DNA of 64,000 bases from Hemiscyllium ocellatum. Its lineage: Eukaryota. The DNA is taken from contig NC_083405.1 in assembly GCF_020745735.1 (NCBI RefSeq), forward strand, positions 26,874,345 to 26,938,344. The letters run 5' to 3'. The position numbers and the translations under genes are program-made. Positions 39,245 through 52,900 of the stretch are shown here, piece by piece. Below the pieces are notes generated by a model, which was given only the letters and a program-made list of their open reading frames with translations, did no database searches and was not told where the DNA came from. Numbering within the stretch: position 1 is the first letter of the stretch; the number at the start of each line of letters is the position of its first letter.

Positions 39245-39860
39245 AAAGCAAAAATACTGTGTATGCTGAAAATCTGAAACTAACACAGAGAATGCTGGAA
39301 AAACTCAACAAATCTGTAGCATCAGTGGAGAGACAAACAGTTAATGTTTTGGGTTTGGTATGACTTCTTCAGAGCTAAAAGGGTATTGGAAATAGGTTAT
39401 TAATTTTTATACTATTGACAGAGACAGAGTAGCTACAAGAGGGCAGGTGGTATTGAGGAGCAAGAGAGTATAGAGGCCCAATGTAAAAGATAGATGGGGT
39501 AGTAATAATAGAGAGAAAAAAGACATAAAATGGATGATAATTAAGTTGCTAAAAGGAGAGAAATAATCCACTCTACTAAATACAAACTAAGCAAGACATA
39601 AACATGGCATCGCTGTGGGGGATGGAGGTGGGGGGGGGAAGAGAATGCAGGAAGAATGGAAAACAGAGATACTGCGGTCAGTTTCTGATGTTATTGAATT
39701 CAATATTGAAACTTTGAGGCTGTGAATTGCTTAAGCAGAAAATGAGATGTTATCCTCACGCTTGCGCTGTGCTTCATTGGAAAATTGTCACAGGCCTAAG
39801 AGAGAAATGTCAGCATGATAGCTTGGAGGTCAGGGTCATTCTTACAGACTGAACAGAGAT
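39245..39860 (-). mobile_element. Old Penelope-like 3' fragment (GIY-YIG end and pLTR)
   Basis: Minus-strand similarity to 35150-35640. Degenerate ctgaagaagtcatacc...aaaacattaac hammerhead. Confidence 0.6.
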
Positions 39861-40054
39861 GTCAATTCTGAAGGATAGGTGGCCAGAACTATTTATTTAT
39901 CCAAAAATATACTTTATTCATAAAATTTGAAAAAGCACTTTACAAAAGATTTGTATTGAAAATTACTGAACATGCAAGCTGTCTCCATATAATATGTTCC
40001 ATTCTTAGGTACCTCAATATCCTGTGCAGTGTCAAGGCCTAGACAACAGGCTAA

Positions 40055-42405
40055 GATAGAGTCATAGATTCAGAGAAACAGACCCTTCGGTCCAAATCAT
40101 CCATGCCGACCAGATATCCCAAATTAATCTAGTCCCATTTTCCAGCACCCGGTCCATATCCCTCTAAATCCTTCCTATTCATATACCTATCTAGATGCCT
40201 TTTAAATGTTGCAATTGTACCAGCCTCTGTCACTTCCTCTGGCAGCACATTCCATATGCGTACCACCCTCTGCGTGAAAAGGTTGCCCCTTAGGTCTCTT
40301 TTATATCTTTCCCCTCTCACCCTAAACCTACGCCCTCTAGTTCTGGACTCTCCCACCCCAGGGAAAAGACCTTGTCTACTTATGCTATCCATGTCCCTCA
40401 TGATTTTATAAACCTCTGTGAGGTCACCCCTCAGCCTCCGACACTCAAGGAAAACAGCCCTAGCCTATTCAGCTTCTCCCTATAGCGCAAATCCTGCAAC
40501 GCTGGCAACATCCTTGTAAATTCTTTCTGAACCCTTTCACATTTCACTACATCCATCCAATAGGAAGGAGACCAGAATTGCACGCAATTTTCCAACAGTG
40601 GTCTAACCAATGTCCTGTACAGTCACAACATGACCTCCCAACTCTTGTCCTCAATATTCTGACCAATAAAGAAAAGCATACCAAATACCTTCTTCACTAT
40701 CCTTTCTACCTGTGACTCTACTTTCAAAGAGCTATGAACCTGCACTCCAAGGTCTCTTTGTTCAGCAACACACCCAGAACCTTAGCATTAAGTGTATAAG
40801 TCCTCCTAAGATCTGCTTCCCCAAAATGCAGCACCTCACATTTATCTACATTAAACTCCATTTGCCACCCTCAGCACACTGGCCCATCTGATCAAGATTC
40901 CATTGTAACCTGAGGTAACCCTCTTCGCTGTCCACTATACCTCCAATTTTGGTGTCACCTGCAAACTTACTAATTATACCTCCTATGTTCATATCCAAAT
41001 CATTTATATAAATGATGAAAAGAAGTGTACTCCTACTACCTTTATACTCTGCTAAGGATTCACTCGAGCTCTCCTGCATATACCTGACATATTCTTCCTT
41101 CTTTTTCTTAACCAAAACCTCAATTTTTCTAGTGTTCCAGTACTCCTTACACCTACCAGCCTTTCCTTTCACCCTAACAGGAATATACTTTCTCTGGATT
41201 CTCGTTATCTCATTTCTGAAGGCTTTCCATTTTCCAGCCATCCCTTTACTTGCGAACATCTGCACCCAATCAACTTTTAAAAGTTCTTGCCTAATACTGT
41301 CAAAATTAGCCATCCTCCAATTTAGAACTTCAACTGTTCGATCTGGTCTATCCTTCTCCATCACTGTTTTAAAACTAATAGAATTATGGTTACTGGCCCC
41401 AAAGTGTTCCCCCACTGATATCTTAGTCACTTGCCCTGCCATATTTTCCAAGAGTAGGTCAAGTATCCATCACCCTCTACGTTTTCCAAAACAGCATACT
41501 TGTTTGAAATGGGGTAGCCATAGAAGGCTCCAGTATTACCCACCCACCTCTCCTACCTTTCTTGGAGTTAACCCATCTACCTGACTGTATCTGTGGCTTT
41601 TCTCCCTTCCTATAACTACTATCCATCGCATCCCCTTGCTCTTGTAAATTCCTCATTGCTTCTAATTGTCTCTCCAACTGATCCATTTGATCTGATAGGA
41701 TTCGCAACCAACAGCATTTATTGCAGATATAACCCTCAGTAACCCGTAAACTCACCTGAAACTCGCATATCCGACAAGAAGATTATATCACTCTCCTAAA
41801 GGTCATTTTGCACCTTCCAATCTACAGACCCAGAAAATAGTACTGTTTTGTTGCTTTACAAAACACTGGTCCAGTGCTCTTCATACTTGTGGCTTATATT
41901 TTAAAATTTTAACCAAGAGACAGATCCCAATAAAAACATATAATCAAGAAAGAATCCACACTACTTACTATTGTAGATTTATAGCAAGGCTATACTTAAG
42001 ACTATTCACTTACCTGTTTCTGTGCTTTGACCTCTCCCAAACAGGTTTGTCCTAGATCAGTTGTGAATTTCACTGTTTGTTAAGTTTTCCTAGACATACT
42101 CTGATGTCCTGTGATACATGAATTTAAACAGCAAAGGCAGTAACTGAGCAGATTCACTGCTGTGTTAGTTAGTAGTGAGGGTTTCTTTCTCTCTCTCTCT
42201 TACAGACCATGTGATTGCTGGCTCTGTTTGTCTTCTTCCCTGTTTTGATTTTTTTTCAAAGTTACAAAACAATTGCAACAGCATATAAAACATAATTGCT
42301 GCTCCTGGAATTTGAGGAAATCACCTCCAATACCCAAGATACCTCAGAAATGGAGCAGCCTGTTACAGCCAGAAATTTCTCCTGTCCTCCATCTTGGATT
42401 GGCCA
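40055..42405 (-). mobile_element. Internally deleted CR1/HER1 LINE with 3' end, RT, endonuclease, ORF1 remnant and probable 5' UTR
   Basis: ORFs 40129 (FTQRVVRIWN.LPEEV), 40846 (HFGASNHNSI...LFIIYINDLD...SKFAGDTKIGG) and 41477 (YICNKC...LERQLE). Confidence 0.8.
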
Positions 42406-42478
42406 GATGAACACTTATGGGAGGCCAGACTCAGAAATCTGACTATAAAAAACATGGAAAGGTAAGTGTCCACTTTGT

Positions 42479-42795
42479 GGGCGGCACGGTGGCACAGTGG
42501 TTAGCACTGCTGCCTCACAGCGCCAGAGACCTGGATTCAATTCCCACCTCAGGCGACTGACTGTGTGGAGTTTGCACGTTCTCCCCGTGTCTGCGTGGGT
42601 TTCCTCCGGGTGCTCCGGTTTCCTCCCACAGTCACAAAGGTGTGCGGGTCAGGTGAATTGGCCATGCTAAATTGCCCTTAGGTAAGGGGTAAATGTAGGG
42701 GTATGGGTGGGTTGCGCTTCGGCAGGTTGGTGTGGACTTGTTGGGCCGAAGGGCCTGTTTCCACACTGTAAGTAATCTAATCTAATCTAATCTAA
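42479..42795 (+). mobile_element. Full-length young HE1-type SINE with (TCTAA)n tail
   Basis: gggcggcacggtggcacagtggttagc head, A/B boxes, CR1-like 3' end and microsatellite tail. Confidence 0.92.
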
Positions 42796-43027
42796 TTGGA
42801 TTTATGCCAGACGCAGCAGTAATCAGATGTTTTAAGCCAACGTTGCAGAAAATTGTCCTGAACACATGTAAAGTATTAGCCAGGGTGAATTTGTCTGCTT
42901 TTCTTCATTTATGCAGATGTTAAAATCCAACATTGAAGCCACTCTGTTTTTACTACATGCTTATCTGATCTTTGCGATTATACACGCTGACACTTCTCAG
43001 CTGCTACTATTGACCTGGACACAACTT

Positions 43028-43740
43028 GGAGAAAGTGAAAACTGCAGAATAAGAGTTAAGAAGTGTGGTGCTGGAAAAGCACAGCAGGTCAGGCAGCATC
43101 CAAAGAGCAGGAGAGTCAATGTTTCTGGCATAAGCCCTTCATCAGGAATGTGGAGGGGCAAGGGGGGCTGAGAGATAAATAATGGGGTGGGGATGGTGGG
43201 AAGGCAGATGGCATGGTGATAGGAGGATGCAGGTGGGAAGTTAACTCTGTGACAACCATTTCAATTCCTCCTCCCACTCCCCCAAGGACATGCAAGTCCT
43301 GGCCCTCTTCCACTGCCATACCAAAGCCACGTGACAACTGGATGAAGAATGCCTCATCTTCCGCCTTGGGACCCTACAATCATAGGCATCAACATTGACT
43401 TCACCAGTTTCCAAATCTCCCCTCCTGCCACCTCATCCTAGATCCAATCCTTGAACTCGGCTCCACCCTCTTGACCTGTCCTACCTGTCTATCTTCCTTC
43501 CCACCCATCCGCTCCACCCTCCCACCGACACGTCACAATCACCCCCCACCTGCATCCACCGATGACCAACCACCCAACTTCCCCACAGCTCCACTCCCAC
43601 CACCATCCCTCTATTTATCTCTCATTTCCTCTTCACCCTCCACATTTCTGATGAAGAGCTTATGCCTGAAACATCGACTCTCCTGCTCTTCGGATACTGT
43701 GACCTGCTGTGCTTTTCCAGTGCCACACTTTTTGACTCTG
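43028..43740. mobile_element. Inverted pair of Penelope-like 3' ends with two hammerhead motifs
   Basis: Minus arm ~43028-43240 (CTGATGA at 43145-43139) and plus arm ~43245-43740 (CTGATGA at 43648), with a GIY-YIG C-terminal remnant between. Confidence 0.8.
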
Positions 43741-45209
43741 TTACATAGCTCACAGTACAGTTTCAAATTCACATCTCTTTCTTGCCTCTGTCAATAAAAT
43801 TTCCACTTCTTGCTTCCCTCACATCATGTAACCTCATCACTGCAGGGATTTCACCTTAAGTCATTAATGGTCCACTCTCCCCTGCTTTCTGGAGAATCAG
43901 GTAATTAGGGCTTGAGTTGTGGTGAAAGAGGGAAATGAGGGATTGGAAAGCATGTCAGAAGTGAGACCTCTCCCATGATCTGTAAAGATTGCTCCTCAAC
44001 CTCAATCCCATTCTCCTAATCTTTGCCCATCAGATGCAGAAAGGGTGGGAAAGGCAGAAGATCTCAGCCTGAGTCTGCATCTGCCCCTGGCAAAAGGAGC
44101 TGTCCACAGGTCCAATTTGGATACAACCTTTGAGGTCACTCTAGCTGCCTGTCTCTACATTGAGAGGGTTGCCTAGGCCTGGTGGATCCTGGAGAAGAAA
44201 CAGTCATGATCTGCATGTATGCTGAGGCCTTCTGTGAAAGGTGGGCACGACAAGGTTCAAAATATCTTGACGATATCAGTAATACTAATTCAGTTTCCAA
44301 CTTGTTTTCATTAACTGTAGCATGAGTTCCACATTAGTTGTTCTCTGGTTAAAACAGAAGATGATTGCTTGGGTTCTGGTTGTTTGCACAGAGACAATAT
44401 CGCCAATCTTCTGATGTTACAAAAGGTAATCAAAGGGTAAACAACCACATCTATGGGACAGAAGGGTGATATATGACCTGCAAGCCACATGGTTGGCCTC
44501 CAATTACTTTAGGATACAAACCATTGAAATATATCCTGGTGAATTTCTCAAATGCCATGGAAATAGGAAAGGTTCTGTGGGTTTGATCCCTGTGACATAG
44601 ATGAATGTCTTTGCCAAAATTCAGATGAAACCTGACCATTTGTGAACAGCGACAGTAACGCATGAAAAGAAAATTCAGTTCTTGGTGGGGGTGCATATTG
44701 ATGACCGGATATGTGACAGTATGAAAAATAGCCTTTGGAATTGGCAATGTCTTTTACTGTTTCCATTGAATGTACTGATGTATGACAGCACATACTAATT
44801 ATAGTACAGATTTTCAGAATTTGCAGCCGATCCCTTTTACAGGAAATTAATTCTGTCATCTCATGAAAGGGGGAGGCTATTTCAAACTGAGATCAGAAGA
44901 ACTTTCTTGACTCAAAGGGTTGTTATCTTTGGAATTTCCCAGAGGGCTATGAAGACTCAGTTGATTAGTGTGTTTTTGTACCCAAAAGGAATCAAATGAT
45001 GTGTGGATTCATTGGGCAAGTGGAGTTGGGATTGAAAACCAATTATTACATCACAGAGTAGACTCAAGTGGTGGTTCGACCAACTCTTGCTTTTATTTCT
45101 TATGTTATCTTACAATTAAAATATATAAATTTAAATATATTAGTCCAAGAACATATTTATGATATAAATTTACTATACACCTCAGGTTTACATTGTGCTT
45201 AAACTCCTG

Positions 45210-45725
45210 ACTCCCCAAAGTCTATCCATCATCTACAAAGTACGAATCAGGAGTGTTCTGGAATATTCACTACTTACCTGAATGGGTGCAACTCCAATAA
45301 CACACAAGAAGCTTGACACCATCTAGACCAAAGTTGCTCACTTATTTGGTACCCTATTCTCACATTCATTCCTTTCATCTCTGCTGCACAGTGGCAGCAG
45401 TATGTACCATGTAATTCATTAAGGCTCCTCTGAAGCACCTTCTGAACCCACAATCTCTGCCATCTAAAGGTCAAAGGCAGCAGATACATTGGAGTGCCAC
45501 CACTTGCAAGGTTCCCTCCAAGCCACATACTATCCTGACTTAAAACTATATTTCCATTCTTCCACTGTTACTGGATCAAAATCCAGGAACTCCCTTCCTA
45601 ACAGCACTTTGTCCTTATACCTCAAGGACTGGAGCAGGTCATGAAGACATCTTCTCCAGTGCAATTAGTGATGGGCAAGAAATGCCAGTTTAGTTAGTGA
45701 CACCCACATCCCATGAATAAATTAA
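45210..45725 (+). mobile_element. L2/CR1-group LINE 3' remnant
   Basis: catctacaaag...aggagtgttctggaatattc and aaatccaggaactcccttccta resemble a degenerate ORF2 C-terminus and 3' UTR. Confidence 0.45.
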
Positions 45726-46427
45726 GGTTAAGAATCCTGGTTAAGAAATGCCTTTATTTTGCTCCCCTCCATATCAATTAATTTAAGTTATTTTACACAA
45801 CAGTTCTGTCCTTGCCCTTCCTCTAGTTTGGCAGTAAGTGTTGCTCAGTAAGAACAAGGTACCATCACAACCTGAGCTTCCTTTCAGATGTCATGAACAG
45901 AAGCCACTCGCTAACCTTCAGGAACAGGAGCAATAGCCAACATTTTCCTTTCCTTCAGGTATACTGAGGCAAATTCAAAAGCTCATTGATTCCCTGTCCA
46001 AAATCAGTTAACTTAGCACAATGATATGTGGTGCGTTTACTCAGTCAGTCAAGCAGAGATCAGAGGTCCTTCACTTCAATCCAAGTTATATTTCAAAGGT
46101 ATTTGTAATCCTTAAATATTTTGATATTTTTGAGGAGGACTCTGAGATTTTAAGTGAAATGGTCGAGGTCTGTTTTTGATCTGAATCTTTCAAAATGTTG
46201 CCACAGCGTCATTTTCATTTGAGTTTCATGGAGGAATTCTTTCCAAGAGACACATAGAATTTTCTCATTCAAACTAGTCTCATTAAACTATCTACCCCAG
46301 GCCCCTATGGTGTCCTGTTAATTCAAAGCTAGGTGGATTCTACCATTCACTGAAGCCTGAGAGACTGGCCACTGCCCGAATATTCCTGGATCCCTGGTGA
46401 TGGTGCCATCTTTAAAATGCCATTTTC

Positions 46428-46685
46428 TTAGAATCCCTACAGTGTGGAAGCAGGCGATTCAGCCCATTGAATCCACACTGGCCCTCCAAAGGGCATCCCA
46501 CCTTATCCCTGTAACCATACATTTCCCATACTAATCCACCTAGCCTATACATCCCTGGACACGATGGGCATTTTAGCATGGCCAATCTAGGAGAATGTTT
46601 AAACTTCACACAGACAGTCACCCGAGGGTGCAATCAAACCCAGGTCCCCTGTCCTTTGAGGCAGCAGTGTTAACCACTTAGCCAC
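46428..46685 (-). mobile_element. HE1-type SINE (internally deleted)
   Basis: Reverse complement of HE1 head and tail. Confidence 0.75.
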
Positions 46686-47307
46686 ATTATGCACCAGGAC
46701 AAAAACAGGCATTCAGAAGCTGCCCTGCATGGTTGCACACCATCAGGGGAAATTGATATTGCAATTTGGTGACCAGGACTTTGTTGTCTTGGTGGGTCGG
46801 AGTGATGGGGGGTTGGGGTTTGGGGGGTGGGGGATTCTGGTGGGAGGGTGGTGGCGTGCAGAGGTTTTCTTCCCCAAGGAACTCCAGAGGTGGTCATGAC
46901 TCCAGGTCCTGCTAGCATGGTCTGAGATTAACCAGGGTTAGCGTAGGTTGAGCCACCCCGCAGTACCAAAACAAGGTCAATAGCAGTCCATTGTTCCGCC
47001 AGAATAAGTGCCACACTCTTCTCTCTGCTACCTCACATTCACTCTATCACCTATTGCCCACAAAGGCTCAGGCTGCACTCCTCTCACTTTCACCTACCAC
47101 ATCATCCCTCAATTGTGGTCTTAACAGCCCATCCAACTTGACCTTACATGCCCTCTGTGCTTCCTAGTTTTTTGGAGGAAAAGCAGTGAGCTAGACTTCC
47201 ATGTCGGCAATGATCGGAATCTGGTTTCTGTCTGTCTCGTGACATGAAGGGAGGCTTCACATGAACAAGGTAATATTTTTGCAATTAGTGAAGGTAACAA
47301 CAAGCAA

Positions 47308-47622
47308 TTAGGTTAGATTAGATTAGATTACTTACAGTGTGGAAACAGGCCCTTTGGCCCAACAAGTCCACACCGACCCGCCAAAGCGCAACCCATCCAT
47401 ACCCCTACATATACCCCTTACCTAACACTGTGGGCAATTTAGCATGGCCAATTCACCTGACCCGCACATCTTTGGACTGTGGGAGGAAACCGGAGCACCC
47501 GGAGGAAACCCACGCAGACACGGGGAGAACGTGCAAACTCCACACAGTCAGTCGCCTGAAGTGGGAATTGAACCCAGGTCCCTGGTGCTGTGAGGCAGCA
47601 GTGCTAACCACTGTGCCACCGT
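47308..47622 (-). mobile_element. Near full-length young HE1-type SINE
   Basis: Close reverse complement of 42479-42795, including the (TTAGA)n tail. Confidence 0.92.
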
Positions 47623-47724
47623 ATCCCTATTAATATCCTTCTTGCTGCTATTTGTCTTCTGCTATACAGCACAACATGCTACATTTGCTTCTGACATGGC
47701 AGATAAGGGGAAATTGGCATCTGT

Positions 47725-47895
47725 TGTGTGAACAGGAACCTGGAGATCTTGCTCGACAAGGTGGTACAGAGGAGGGACAATCCCTTCCCACAGGACCACC
47801 AGAGGAGGGCATTCCATCAGACCCTGCCAGCCTGGTCTGAGTTGGCACCCATGTCAGTGCAGTCTCAGCAGTGCCTAAAGAAGGTCAATTACAAT
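47725..47895 (+). pseudogene. Degenerate Myb/SANT-like ORF remnant, possibly from a Harbinger transposon
   Basis: RNLEILLDKVVQRR...LPAWSELA...QCLKKVN pattern resembles the NAIF1/Harbinger Myb-like domain. Confidence 0.35.
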
Positions 47896-48644
47896 AGTAA
47901 ATGTCAACTTTTCGGTGATATCTCACACTCATTCCATCTCTGCTACTGCACACACCTCTTTGGTCAATGCTCTATCAGACTGACTATTCCATGCAACATC
48001 TTCCCTCACTGGCACTTACCCACCTAACCCCCACACCATTGACCCTGCATTGCTCCCTGTGCTGCCTATTCCTTCACTCCAGAGATCTCACTATATTTCT
48101 CCCACAGCACTAAAAGCTGTGTCATCCAGTTTCATCTCAATCAACCTCCCAATTGCTCATTGCAGAACAAAAAATGTCTACAATGGAGCAGAAAGAGCTG
48201 AAAGGGTTTTGGGGTACCAGGCATTTTGCTCTTCACCCCTCCAAAAAGAATACTGACCACTCACACAGCCAAATAATCATACCCTATCCTCTGGACCGCT
48301 ACTAGAGGCTGTCTTTGACTCATTGTGCCAGGACCCTCTGACTGAAAGATGCCCCCCTGGATTTGGCTGAGGATGACTCTCCTTAGATTTGAGATGGGGC
48401 ACATTTGTTCATAGCACAACCAGTATGCTTGACATGTACATGATCGGTACGTGGTGTAGGACTGAGATTGCTGCTGAACTGTACTATTCGGTGAAATGTT
48501 CACCCTTTGACCAATGACTGTGGACAACTTGGACACATTTCTTGGCCTTGTGTCTGTGCTAAAAGACAAGTCAAGACAAAAGCAGTGTCAGCCTGTTAGC
48601 TATGAGCACGGCTGAGGGAGCAAATGCTAAAAGGCAAGGTCGAG

Positions 48645-49220
48645 ATACTGTGAGCAAAAACAGAAATGCTGGGGAAACTCAGCAGGTCTGGTAGCATCTG
48701 TAGAGTGAAAACTAAGACAATGTTTTGGATCCAGTGTCCCTTTTTCAGAACTGATGGTAACTAGGAAAAAAGATAGCATAAATGCTAAAGATAATGGATG
48801 GTAAAGGAATAAGCAATAGGTGGAATGGGGCCCAGCAGAACAGAAAGACAGTTAGGTAGTCAAAGTGTCAGCCAGTGAGAAAGAAAAGCTGCTAATGGGA
48901 ATCATAGGTGGGTGAAAATGGATTAGCTGTGCAGAAAGCAGCCATATGATGACATGGCATGGAGTGTGGAGGTGGGTACAGAACATGGGAGAAGGTGCTC
49001 AGGCCCTTACACTATTGAACTCGATATTGAAACCTGAAGGCTGCAGGGTTCCCAAGTGGGAAAAGAGATGCTTTTCTTCCAGCCTGTTCTGAGCCTTGCT
49101 GGAATATTGTAGCAGTCCTGAGACAGAAAGATTGGCCAAGGAACATGGTGGTGTGTTGAAGTGGCAGCAGGCAACTGGAAGCTCAGGGTCAATTTTATGG
49201 ACAGAATGTAGGTGCAGCAT
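48645..49220 (-). mobile_element. Old Neptune-type Penelope-like 3' fragment
   Basis: ORF 48999: HFNTPPCSLAN...RLEEKHLFSHLGTLQPSGFNIEF (GIY-YIG end), followed by a pLTR with degenerate hammerhead. Confidence 0.75.
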
Positions 49221-49999
49221 TAAACTGAAGACACGTTACGTAAATTCTTCAGAGCTGTGCCAGCAGCACAAACTCCATGGCTGTGTGATGCGTGGAACCA
49301 CTGCCCATAAAATGTGCCCTGAGATGTTGGTGTTGGATGTTCACGTTGGAGATCTGGAGGAGAATGCTGTAAGCTAAAGTCACCAAAAACTCTCGGTGCC
49401 TAGATTCTAACCAGCCGGTGGCAGAATACGACAGTATAATTATAAGGTGAGATTAAGTAACAATAAGGGTGACAGTGAATATTGTTCCTCATTAATGGGC
49501 CACTCACTGATCACAAGTGAGAAAGCTTTGTCGACATCCAGAACTTAGTTAGAAAATGCAAATTGTTCGTCTTAATGTTAGGAAAGGCATCACTTCTCTC
49601 TCAATTCTCTCAAATCTCTCTCCATAGCCCATGTCATTCAGTGCCAGGAGAAGATTTACTCTGAGTTTCTTTATGACGTTCACTTTATTTCACTTTTGCT
49701 TTGGACTGTAGAGGGTATAGAAGGTTAACCATGCTTCCCGTATATTCAGATTTCCTCTTCCAAACAAATGATTTGCATAACTCTCTTCTTACGTCTCTTT
49801 ACAGCCTTATCTCCTTATCAGTGTACAGGTTTGTTTAAAATGGCCTTTTGATCAACAAGATGCTTTTTAGGCTTCACGCTTTGTGTATCAGCACCCATCC
49901 TCACCTTGCCTTGCTTTTACTTCGCTATTATTGTTTGGTTAAGGAAACTAACCCTCACATTTGGAGCATGTTTAACCATTAAAATTTAAGGTCAGCAAT

Positions 50000-52900
50000 C
50001 TACTGTAAGATCCAGGATCTAGAATTGGTTTATGTACAATCCATGTGGATTAAGGTAAGAAATAACAGGCAGAAAAACACACTGTTAGGAGTAGTGTATA
50101 AGACTCCTAAAAGCATCTACTGTGTGGAACAGAGAATAAGCCAGAAGATAAAAAGGGCATGTTAAAAAGGCAGGACATTAATCATGGATGACTTTAATCT
50201 TCACATACGTTGGGAAAATCAAATTAGTAGGGTAGCCACAAGGAACCAGGCTATTTTGGATCTAGTAATGTTTAATGTGTCAGAGTCAAAGATCCCTTAA
50301 GGATAATGATAGTAATATAGTGGAATTTAGCTTTCAGTTTGTGAATGAAAAACTTGAGTCAGAAACAGGTACACCAGAATTAAATAAGGGTAAGGGTACT
50401 TGATGAGGGATGAGGGCAGAGCTGGGTAGAGTGGACTGGGAAAGCGATTTAGCCAAAATAAAAGTTGAGGATATTTAAGGAAATAGTTGATTAGAAGATA
50501 TATCCCAGTGAGAAACAATACTTAACCAAGAAAGTTAAGGATAGTATCAACTTGATGAAAAGAAAATGAAAATGTTAGTGGTAAACTGGATATTGGGACG
50601 TTTAAAAGCCAATAGAAGATGACTGAAGAAAAGCAAGGGAGAAAGTAAAGTGTGAAGACAAACTAGCAAGTAATTTATAAATGGACAGCAAGAGTTCTTT
50701 AAATATATGAAAAAGAAAAGAGAAGTCAATGTAAACATAGGCTCATTTAGAGAACCAGACCAGGGAAATAATAATGGGTAAACCAGGAAATGCATCAGTT
50801 CTCACAGTAAAGAACACTAATAGCATTCCAAGAATACTAAATAATCAAGGGGCTAAAGGAACAGGATATAAAGCAATAACTAACACTAGAGAAAAATCAT
50901 TCGAGAAACTAATGGACAAAAGGCCAATATGTCCCTCGGACCTGATGGATTGCATCCTTGGATTTTAAAGGAAATAGCTACAAAGCAAGTGGATGCTATT
51001 GGTAGTAATCTTCAAAACATCCTGAGATTATTGAAACATGGAGTCATAGAGATATGTAGCATGGAAACAGACACATGCCAACAGTGTTCCTGAACTAATC
51101 TAGTCCCATTTGCCAATATTTGGCCCATATCCCTCTAAACTTTTCCTATACATATATCCATCCAGATGCCTTTTAAATGTTGTAATTATACAAGCCTCCA
51201 GCACTTCTTCTGATAGTTCATTCCATACATACACTACCCTGTGTGTGAAAACATTGCTCCTTATATTCTTTTTCAATCTTTTCCCTCTCAACTTAAACCA
51301 ATGCCCGTTAGTTTTGGACTCCCCTACCCTGAGGAAAAGAACTTGTCTATTTACTGTTTCCATGCTCCTCATGATTTTATAAACCTCAACTTGTGATGCT
51401 CCATGGAAAATAGCCCAAGTCTATTCAACCTTTCCCTATACCTCAAACCCTCCAACTCTGGTGACATTCTGGTAAATCTTTTTTGAACCCTTTCAGGTTT
51501 CACAACATATTTCCTATAGCAGGGAGACCAGAATTGCATGCAGCATTCCAATAGTGGCTTAACCAATGTCCTGTACAGCCACAAAACAACCTCCCAACTC
51601 CTATACCCTTCACACCAAGATCTCTTTCAGCAAAAGCCCCCAGGATCTTACCATTAAGTGTATAAGTACTGCCCTGATCTGCCTTTCAAAATGCAGTACC
51701 TCAAAGTTGTCTAAATTAAACTCGATCTGCCACTCCTCAGCCCATTGGCCCATTTGATCAAGATCTTGTTATACTCTGAGGTAACCTTCTTTGCAGTCCA
51801 CTACACCGCCAAACTTGGTGTCATCTGCAAACTTACTAACTATTCCTCCTTTGTTCACATCCAACTCATTTACATAAATGATGAAAAGCAGTGGACCCAG
51901 CACCGATCCTTCTGGCACACCCCTGGTCACAGGCCTCCAGTCTGAAAATCAACCCTCCACCAGCACGCTCTGTCTTCTACCTTTGAGCTAGTTCTGTATC
52001 TAAATGGTTAGTTCTCCCTGTATTACATGAGACCTAACCTTGCTGACCAGTCTACCATGAGGAACCTGGCCGAATGTCTTACTGAAGTCCATATACATCC
52101 CATCAATCATTCTGCCCTCGTCAATTGTTTTCATTACTTTTTCAAAAAACTTAATCAGGTAAGTGAGACATGATTTCCCACACACAAAGCCATGTTAATT
52201 ATCCCTAATCAGTCCTGGCCTTTCCAAATGCATGTAAATCCTGTCCCTCAGGATTCCCTCCAACAATTTGCCCGCCATGATGTTGGCTCACCTGTCTATA
52301 GTTCTCTGGCTTTTCCTTATCATCTTTCTTCTGTATGGCACCATATTAGCCAACTTCCAGTGTTCCGGCACCTCACCTGTGACTATCGATGATACAAATA
52401 GCTCAGAAAGGCCCCAGCAATCGCTTCCTTCGCTTCCCACAGAGTTCTAGGGTACACCTGCTCAGGTCCTAGGATTTATCCATGTTTATACATTTTAAGA
52501 TGTCCAGGACCTCCTCCTCTGGAATATGGACATTTTTCAAGATGTCACTATTTATTTCTCCACATTCTCTATCTTCCATATCCTTCTCCACAGTAGACAC
52601 TGATGCAAAATACTCATTCCCTATCTTCTGTGGCTTCATACACAGGTGGCCTTGCTGATCTTTAAGGGACCATATTCTATCCCTACTTACCTTTTTGTCC
52701 TTACTGTAGTTGTAGAATCCCTTTGGATTCTCCTTAAACCTATAAGCCAAAGCTATCTCATGTCCACATATTTCTCTCCTGATTTCCCTCTTCAGTCTAC
52801 TCCTACTACCTTTATACTCTTCTAGGGATTCACTTGATCTCTGCTTTTTATTCTTAACCAGAACCTAAATTTATTTTGTCATCCAGCATTCCCTACACCT

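Noticed and set aside
42479-42560. tRNA gene
   Set aside because: The A/B boxes belong to the tRNA-derived head of an HE1 SINE and continue into the SINE body and CR1-like tail.
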